From assembly GCA_951406725.2 (NCBI GenBank), contig OX597816.1:43834001-43898000 (forward strand): 64,000 bases of DNA. Direction: 5' to 3'. Source of the stretch: Octopus vulgaris (lineage: Eukaryota). How positions within the stretch are numbered: the stretch's first letter is position 1; each line of letters begins with the position of its first letter. A program made the translations under genes and the position numbers. This document shows positions 55,499-64,000 of this stretch, piece by piece. Under the pieces are notes generated by a model. The model saw nothing but the letters and a program-made list of their open reading frames with translations. It did no database searches and had not been told where the DNA came from.

Positions 55499-55882
55499 CT
55501 AGCAGTATCGCCCGGCGTTGCTCAGGTTTGTAAGGGAAATAACTATAAAGCATTTTTAGAGAGTTATAGCCAAAAAATAGCAAAAAAATGGAAAAAAATT
55601 ATGGTAAATTTTTTTTGAGATTTAAAAAAGGTGGAGTTGCGTCCCCTAGACGGTCTGTGGTTCGTATTCCTGATTCTCGACCCCATGTCGAATTTATCGA
55701 TTTTTTTCAGAACTGGGGGAACTTTTCAAAATTTTCGCTGCGTTAGTTTTGAATTATGACATTGGGCTATGTGTGTGTCAAGTTTCATCAGAATCGGTTG
55801 AAAGCCGTGGTCAGGGTGAGGGTACAAGCAAACAGACACACAGAAACACACACAGACAAACTGCCGTTTATATAGAGAGAGA
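55499..55882 (-). mobile_element. Non-autonomous Helitron, copy 4 (shared 3' end, different 5' two-thirds)
   Basis: a|ctagcagtatcgcccggcgttgctcagg... matches copies 1-3 for about 120 bp. Minus-strand 5' end is a|TCtctctctatataaacggcagtttgtctg. Confidence 0.85.
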
Positions 55883-56049
55883 TACCAATATGTGTGTGTG
55901 TGTGTGTGTGGCAGAGGAAACAGACAGATAAATGAACAGAAAAACCGAAAGATAAACGCGCGCACTAACAGACTCAGTAACAGCAATATGTAGTTGTCTT
56001 TTGTACCCAACTTCTAACATATTTTTAATGTTAACCATAAAGAAATTAA

Positions 56050-56158
56050 AATAATAAATCTTAGAGCGAGTTATAAACAGTAGCTGCAACACATCGTTGG
56101 CAAATATGTCACGATGTGTTGCAGCTACTGTTTATAACTCGCTCTAAGATTTATTATT
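56050..56158. repeat. Perfect 48-bp-arm inverted repeat with a 13-nt loop
   Basis: 56050-56097 is the exact reverse complement of 56111-56158; loop tggcaaatatgtc. Confidence 0.97.
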
Positions 56159-56243
56159 GCTTGTTTACACTTTTTCGATATCAGTGTCTTTACGATACTG
56201 GAAAAATTATATGTATTTGTGAAGGGAATCTACTTCTCATCGA

Positions 56244-56313
56244 CAACTATGATTGTCACACGCCGATGACGAGTCAATACCCAGAAACTCGAGTCCGTGT
56301 GTATCATAAGTTG
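56244..56313 (+). ncRNA. Type I hammerhead ribozyme-like motif (variant core CCGAUGA)
   Basis: Stem I cacacg/cgtgtg extended by tatgat/atcata and caac/gttg; core ccgatga; stem II gagt-caat-accc (one mismatch); GAAA; palindromic stem III ctcgag; GUC cleavage triplet at 56293-56295. Confidence 0.7.
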
Positions 56314-56784
56314 GAGACGGGAAGGATGGCTTCCCTTTGCAAATACTGATAGGGCACAGAAAGTGTGTCTCTAGCCAGCTGGAAGAGGTGTCCTCCTGGG
56401 GCTACAAACTACAGTAGCATCCACCCTTAGAGGTTAGCCATATTTAAATGGCAAATATACGTCATAAAGAAATTACTATCATCATCAATTGGGGTATTTA
56501 ATTATGATCCATCATTAAGTTAAGTCTCTACTGTGTTCGACTGTATGTATCTGTTATATCATCAGTGACGATGATGTGTGTGGAGTGTAACAATATATCA
56601 CAATACCAAATATAACCGTATAACAATAGGTAATGTAACAAGAGTTGGTTCACTTATTATAACCGTTCGCACAGTAATATTACACTACTCCCACGCAAAA
56701 TAAATAACGAGACTAACGCCCTCACAGTTCGACGTCAACTGTCTATTGGCTCATCTCTTTATAAGACTCGTCCGGTCCACTGAC

Positions 56785-56939
56785 ACTGCTTTTCCTCCTT
56801 TCGGGGTCGATAGATTAATTACCAGTGAAACACTGAGGTCGGTGTAATCGGCTAGTCCCCACTCCAGCGCCAAACAGAAAAAACATTCATGCCTTGTGCC
56901 TTTAGTATAAAGGATTATTATTATTATTATTATTATTAT

Positions 56940-56989
<50 letters not shown>

Positions 56990-57183
56990 AGGTGGCGAGC
57001 TGGAAGAACCGTGAGCACGCTTGGAAAAATGCTTAGCAGCATTTCGTCCTTCTTTACGTTTTGAGTTCAAATTCCACTAAAGTCGACTTTGTCTTTCATC
57101 CATTCGGGGTCGATGTACTCGACTAGACCCTCCCTCCAAATTTCAGGCCTTGTGCCTTTAGAAGAAAAGATTATTATCCTTAA

Positions 57184-57249
<66 letters not shown>

Positions 57250-57645
57250 AAGTATTTGAAAGACAGAATCATTAGCATGCCGGTAAAATGCTTGGCGACA
57301 TTTCGTCCGGTAGAATTTGCCCTTTATCCTTTAGAGGGTCGATAAAGTAAGTACAGTAAAATACTGGGGTCTTTCTCCTAATATTTCTGGTCCAGTGCAT
57401 ATTGTAGAAAGAATTATAAATGCTCTTTTATTCAAAGGCAATTGACTGGCAGATTCATTTGCGCATCAGACATGATTATGTTAATCATTGCAATATTTGT
57501 TCCGGCCTTTTGCGTTCCGAGTTCAAAACCCGCATTGGTCAGCTTTGACTTTCATCCTTCCAGTGTCAATAATATGAAGTACAGGGAGCAATTTAATCGA
57601 CAAATTGTCAAAAGTTTACGCTTTGTAGTGACCATGTTCGAAACA
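56785..57645 (+). mobile_element. Tandem cluster of four degenerate SINE B copies with (TTA)n(GTA)n tails
   Basis: Family B domains near 56790, 56990, 57270 and 57510; tails ...gccttgtgcctttag..aggattattatt run into compound microsatellites. Confidence 0.78.
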
Positions 57646-58684
57646 TATATTATCATTACCATTGTGTAAGATTTATTTATTTCGTGTCATGTTGCACCAT
57701 CCCTGATACAACAGTTGCCAAACCTCAATCACTAAGAGATGGCGCACTCTAGAAGATTTTCGAATTCTGTAAAATCTTTATATATATGTCTGACAGCTAC
57801 TTTTTATTTTCTCATTTACGAATATTTCTTTCTACGTTTCTTTGCTGTTGTCTTTTTGACTTGCTTGTTTTGTTTCTTTGTTTTTTTTCTTTTATTCTTT
57901 CTTCCTTAGTTTCGTTCTATCATTCTTTCTCTCTTTCCTCTATACCTTTTCTGTTTTATTTCGTTCTTGGGAGCGCTGTAAGATATAATGTACGCTTACT
58001 TTGAAGAGAAAATAAGAGATTGATGTAAAGGAAGAGCATTGTTCTCAATGCGAAATGTCTGATTTATTCAGCAATACAGGATCTTAGTGTGATCACCTGG
58101 ATGTCCCATAGAGCAGGAAAAGTAATTTTTTTCTTCTTTTTCTTTTTTTACATGGCTTTGCATGGCTTCATGCTGTCATCACTTCACAGACAAAGCAGAC
58201 AAATGGAAGTTCAGAAAGAGACAGCAAAGGAAAGCGAGCGAGAAAATGATTGAGTGACAAAAGAAGAAATTATAGGTGACGGTGGGGATATATTTAAAAA
58301 GAATACAAGTTTCATAGAAAGATAGACAAGTGAGAGTATGTATGATAGAAGGAGATAATGAGAAACAAGGAGAGAAAATTGTCGGGGGGGGGGGTGAGAG
58401 AGAGGAAGATGTGGAGAAATAGTAAGTGGAGTGGAAGTAAATGTTTCATAGGTAAAATTCTATGAAGAAGACACTCCTCTATCTGATTATTGCAAATATT
58501 AAGGAAATTACTTTCAGTCAAAATCTTGAGATAGCAGCGCTGTCTTCTCGAACAGGATGGAATTGACACGTAATGTTAGCTATGGTGCTTACCACTCCTA
58601 AACTCATACACTAAACCACTTATAACGTATACACTGTTGTATAGACACGGCACATACATAAATAAAACATACTCATGCACAAGC

Positions 58685-58739
<55 letters not shown>

Positions 58740-60686
58740 CATACACATATGTATGTACACACATACATATTTGCACACGCAAAGGCATTCAGACGTATGT
58801 ATGTCCTGCTGTGGCTTAGAATATTATATGCAACTTCATATGCATTGCTCGTTTTCCAGTTTATCAGTTTTTGCATTTGCAATGTCATATCATTGAATTT
58901 GGTATTTCAGTATTTCTATAACAGTCTATAATAAGATCTAGAATATGTCTGATATGCTCTTAACATAGTTGGCGGATTCTTCTGCCATGATGCTCTTTTA
59001 GCGAAATGGTTAGTAAATTATGTAACTACATGCTAAAGCGCCATGAAAAACAACAAAAAAAAAAGGAATTTAGCAGAGAGTGATTAAGTTGCATAGGTAT
59101 ATGATATAGCCTAATGCAGTGGACAGTTACTTTTGAAACAAATGATTCGTTTTCTTTTTGCTTTTTTCTCTGCACTATGGCAGAAAAATGTGAGAACTAA
59201 ATTTAATAAGTTCTGGTTGTTGGAGCAAACTAATTATGGTCAGTATCGAAGAAGAAATGTAATACATAAAAACTTAATGCAAGGATAACTCATGTGGGTT
59301 ACACACACATTATTCTAACTCGTTATACTCTCCCCTTCAGCCTCATTTTTTTTCTTTTCTTTTCAGTGGTGAGTTGCTTTTTTTTTTTTTTTTTCTTTAC
59401 ACCATCCCCGAAATCTTGTACTTACGTCTAATACGTGGTCATAGCATCTGGAGCCACCCTTTTCCGCCTCTTCCCTTCTAATTGCGACACTGTTCTAAAT
59501 TTTTTCTTCTGAAAATTTGGACTACTATTTAACATGGTATTTTTTTTAACAAGGATGCTTGATCTGCAAGAAGTTGTTGCTAAATCTCCCTCGTGTCCCA
59601 GGAGATCATCTTGATAACAGAAAACTTTGTATACTTACGTTCCAAGATAGTTAAAAAATGTTGGGATGGTCGAAGCTGGAATGCTTTTGATATTAGATAT
59701 GCTTAACTATTACTAACTTCAGGCTTAAAAACACTCCTTGATATATTGTACTGAATCTTAACTATATTTCGAGTAAATATGTTTATAAATAAAACCGAAT
59801 AATGTTTAAGGTGTTAGCTTTATTGTGTCAAGTTGAACATTTATTTCTTTTTGTCTCACTCTCACTAGAAATATGAACCAAATTTCATAAACTCGTGCCA
59901 TGGCATTTAAAAAAAGACGGGATGGTCACAAGTAGAGCTTAGGGCTAACGAAGGACCTCTACATAGTCGACCTGTTAAAAACAGCAGCTGAACTTCCCTC
60001 AAATTATATCCCACCATCTAAAATGTATTTCGGGAAATACCGACTCGAAAAAAAATTGGAATGGCATGTATTTGGTAACAGGCGTGCTCGGTCATGGCTC
60101 AATTAAGGCCAAACAACATTTTTTAGAAAGTGGGGATCTATGTTGTTCATTATTACATTTTGACCAAGGTTAGCACATGGAGTCGGAGGTATGGTACAAC
60201 GTGAACCTCTGAATACTTGGCTAGTTGCCCCCACGCTTGTATTCAATGATCCGTGCGCGATTTTGAAAAATATACCAGGGCTGCTCCCATAATAAACCTC
60301 TCTACCAGCATCAATTTTTTGTTTCATTTAAATATTGTTTAACAATGTTTACCTCCCCTCTATACGGGTATAATCATGATTAATTGAAGGCATCACCTCA
60401 CCTGATACTTGATTACTATCAAGAGTATGGTTTCCCGTATTTAAAATTTCCTTCTTCGACCTCCTTCCTGCTACCATCTACAGAATTTCCAATTCACATT
60501 GATTTCACCGATATACGAAACGCTACAAAGGTTATAGGCACAACTATTCTTCTGCTGTCGTTCTCAAAACATGTATTGTAGTCTACCATAATCAATAAAA
60601 CACAGGACAAAATAAATACGAAGGCATTCCTACATCTAGTTTCGTTTTATTGATTCACCTCAGATTGGCCATTATCAAGGAGATTG

Positions 60687-60722
<36 letters not shown>

Positions 60723-60992
60723 GCAACAGAAGCAGTATTAATACTGATAGTTAATATTTGTCACCACTTAAGCATGGATGTTCTACTAGAACCAACTATA
60801 CTGCTGGCGTTACTATTTTTGGTATCAAAAGCCAATATAAATTTTCTCTCGTGGTGTCTAACACAGTTTAGTTCTAGTTGAAAAATACACGTTTAAATGG
60901 AGATAACTATCCAGAAGTGAGTTATCCCCATTTAAACATGGATGTTCTGCATCAGTCATTCAGAAAACTAACAGATGCCAACATCTATCATC

Positions 60993-61206
60993 TTTTACTT
61001 GTTTTTAGCTATTAGACTGCAGCCATGCTGGGGCAGTATCTTGTCTTGAATTTTCTTTTGTCTCATGAGTCGAAACCAGTAGTTTGTTAAAACCTGGTAC
61101 TTATACTATCGTTCTCTTTTGTCTAACCTCCAGGTTACAAGGACGTAAACAAACAAACACCGGTTGCCAAGAGTTGGTAAGGGATAGATACAGACACACA
61201 CACACG

Positions 61207-61240
<34 letters not shown>

Positions 61241-61330
61241 GCTTTGGACGGCCTGAGGCTATAGTAGAAGACACTTGCCCAAGGTGCCATGCAGTGGGAC
61301 TGATCCTTACCTCACAGCCACGCTTGCCTA
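60993..61330 (-). mobile_element. SINE family A, diverged with deletions
   Basis: ttttacttgtttttagctattagactgcagccatgctgg...gacacttgcccaaggtgcc...cacagccacgc. Confidence 0.8.
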
Positions 61331-61451
61331 TATGTCAGTAAAATTTCTTAGCTCATATTTTACGAGAAAAGAAAGCAGAAATTGCATTCGTATAATTCTT
61401 CTTTATTCTCCATGTTGGATGAGTTCAAACATTTTAAAGCTATCTTAATTA

Positions 61452-61846
61452 TGGCTGTGTAGTAAGAAGCTTGCTTCCCAACCACATGATTCTGGGTTCA
61501 GTCCCACTGCGTGACACCTTGGGTGAGTGTCTTCAGCAATAGACTCGGACCGACCAAAGCCTAGTGAGTGGATTTGGTAGACCGAAATTGAAAGAAGCCC
61601 GTCATCTATGTGTGTGTTTCCATATGTTTTTGTGTGTGTGTCTGTGTTTGTTCCCTCATCATCGGTTGACAACTGGTGCTGGTGTGCTTACGTCTCCGTA
61701 ACTTAGCAGTTCGTAAAGAGACCGATAGAATAAGTACTAGGCTTAAAAATAAGTCCTGGATCGGATTTTTCGACAATAATCTATTTAAGGGGGTGCTCCA
61801 GCATGGCCGCAGTCAAATGACTGAAAAAATAAAAGAATAAAAGAAT
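61452..61846 (+). mobile_element. SINE family A
   Basis: tggctgtgtagtaagaagcttgc...gggttcagtcccactgcgtg...aataaaagaataaaagaata. Confidence 0.9.
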
Positions 61847-62812
61847 ATTAAGTACGGTGATATTTGAATCTCCATTTCAATAGACATAATCCCTTACTCC
61901 TATCGAATATGATGCTAGCTATCCACATGAGTAGTCCTGGAGGAGCGTTGTTTGGGTGACATTCGCATTTCATGGCTGTCTCTATAATTCTTCTATAATA
62001 TGCTGTCTATTGTATCACTTTTTTAAAAAAACATCTAAGTTTATTTAAGCAAATTTTGGCTTCTATCTTTAGCAGGCTAATCAACCACGTAGAAGATTAT
62101 ACGTTGACAGTTTAATTTCTTTTTCGTTTATTATTAAATATATACCTACTTCTAAACTTTTTGTTTCGCTTTTCTTCTGAAAATAATATTATAATGAAAA
62201 TGGTTGTTAAATTTCGGTGTCCACTGTCTATATTCTTGACATATTCTCTGCTAATGCAATATTGTTTCTGGAACATACAATGGATAACATTGCCAAACAA
62301 TTATATTGCTAACCAAAACATGTTATAGTTTAATGAGTTTTCCTGTTCACGGGATGATGATTTATGAATTATATTTTTTCCATTTTAAATATACATATTT
62401 ATGTCTGAATCTGCTACGATAATTTGTTTTTTCCCGTTTGTTCAGCGAGCTATTAAACTTTTTATTTGAATGAGTATAGAAACATGGGTAAACAAGTATT
62501 CTGTTTGTTTTCGTAGTCTCTTTCTTTACAGTGAGCCATGATAATGTTCTTTCATGTAGAATTCCCATATTGACGAAATACTGTGCGATTATTTTTCAAA
62601 ACAAATGGTAAAACAACAAACTGAAAGCAATTTTCGGCTCGTTAGTGAATTATCGGCGAATTAGTTACAATTCTCACTTTATACACTTTAATCATATTAT
62701 TAATATTTGTAGTCAAACTAAAAAATTTTTTTTTTAAATTCTAAAAAAAAATTGGTTTACATTTCCTTATCAATCGGTGGTAAAATACTATTCAAGAAAT
62801 AGTATTAAAATA

Positions 62813-63098
62813 ATATTGTTATATTTCGGGATGGTCATTTTTTCATTGCCAAAGAAACACACGCACTACATATTCGTTCTTCACTTATATATTATCGTTC
62901 TTATTTTATCTCATGACCATTGTCTGGAAGTCATGTGGATGAGATAGCTGCTGAACAGGTCATAAATGTGTGACGAACGACTACCAAAGAATGTACATAA
63001 GATGTGATAAAAACAATAATAAACGAGTGAAGAACGAATATATAGGGTGTGTGTTTATTCGGCAACAAAAAAATGACCATGCCGAAATATAACAATAT
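62813..63098. mobile_element. MITE with TIRs of about 100 bp
   Basis: atattgttatatttcgggatggtcatttttt...tattcgttcttcact is inverted as agtgaagaacgaata...aaaaaatgaccatgccgaaatataacaatat; possible TA TSD. Confidence 0.85.
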
Positions 63099-63379
63099 CT
63101 GTTTCAACATACGATTTCACATCTGGAATCTTGCAAAACAAATTCATAAACGTATTAAAATATTAATTTCTATATTAGGCAGAATTCCATAAAAAGTGGA
63201 AAACCTGTATTGTCAACTCGATCGATATTATATATAATTGTATCAATTTTGGATGTATGACCTTTAAAATCAAATTTAGCAGTATTCTAACCTATGATGT
63301 AAATATGGCAAAGCATATCTTCCTTCAAACTCCAGTCCCGAGGGTTTTTTTTTACTGTACCTATTGTGAAGCAAAACCT

Positions 63380-63760
63380 TCCCCGCCAAATTGCCCAGTA
63401 ATCATCCGAACTCATTAAGCTTTCCATTCCCTCATTGATTACACTTGACCGCATGTCCTTCGCCATGTAATCCTGCCATCGGTGCATCACAAATGGTTTA
63501 AGACACACACCAATATCTTTTGCTATAGTTCAAGTACTGTAGCACTAGCATTTGGATAGATATGTCCTATACCATCCTTCGTGAAATGTTAAGTATATGG
63601 ATTCAAGATATATTCCTCAATTGACAAATGATGCGTTTCGTACCCCCAATGGCTTTTCGAGTAATAGCCTTTTCGGAGCCTGAGGAAAGCTTTCTTGTCT
63701 TTCAAATTCTTTCACTTTTTCTCGGTAATATAGTAAGTACTAAGGTGAGGATGGACCATC
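63380..63760 (-). pseudogene. Possible decayed RTE-type LINE ORF C-terminus
   Basis: Frame-shifted patches VHPHL, LLEKPLGVR, WY/GHI and RWQDYMAKDMRS...WAIWR parallel the RTE C-terminal motifs LR.ILGV, RW.GHI and RW.D.V..DM...WR. Confidence 0.4.
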
Positions 63761-64000
63761 TCTAATAACATAACTCTATCAGGTAGACTTAGTTACCGTT
63801 AGATAAAGTTATATCTTCGACCCGTCTGTTGGATATATCTATATGGAAGGGAAGAATACTTGAAACACTTGCTCTATTTCATACATTCCAAAGTCAACCA
63901 CTCGAGAATATTCGAACTCAGAACGTAAAACACCGAAAGAAATCACCGAGGAACATTTTGTCCGATGTGCTAACGATTCCGTCAGAATGCAGACATTTTA

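Noticed and set aside
56524-56570. Minus-strand CTGATGA...GAAC...GTA near the main hammerhead
   Set aside because: No credible stem II or stem III.

Overview
AT-rich eukaryotic DNA saturated with microsatellites and transposable elements; I could not identify any host protein-coding exon. The repeat content resembles what I recall from octopus/coleoid cephalopod genomes (inference, not searched). Contents: four tRNA-derived SINE families (here called A-D, with tandem, nested and head-to-head copies); a modular family of non-autonomous Helitrons (A^TC...CTAG^T); a TTAA-flanked piggyBac-type element with Helitrons nested inside; several fold-back MITEs; decayed mariner, Tc1 and hAT transposase fragments; and probable RTE-LINE relics. 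Nearly all ORFs in the supplied track are translations of microsatellites or SINEs. Best leads: (1) three type I hammerhead-ribozyme-like motifs with palindromic stem III (Penelope/retrozyme type), one beside a perfect 48-bp-arm palindrome at 56.0-56.5 kb; (2) a 476-bp segment at 11.8-12.3 kb that is a collinear interleaving of its two neighbours, most likely an assembly artefact; (3) Helitron end-swapping and possible sequence capture at 13.6-18.7 kb and 55.5-55.9 kb. All alignments were made by eye and boundaries of decayed elements are approximate.
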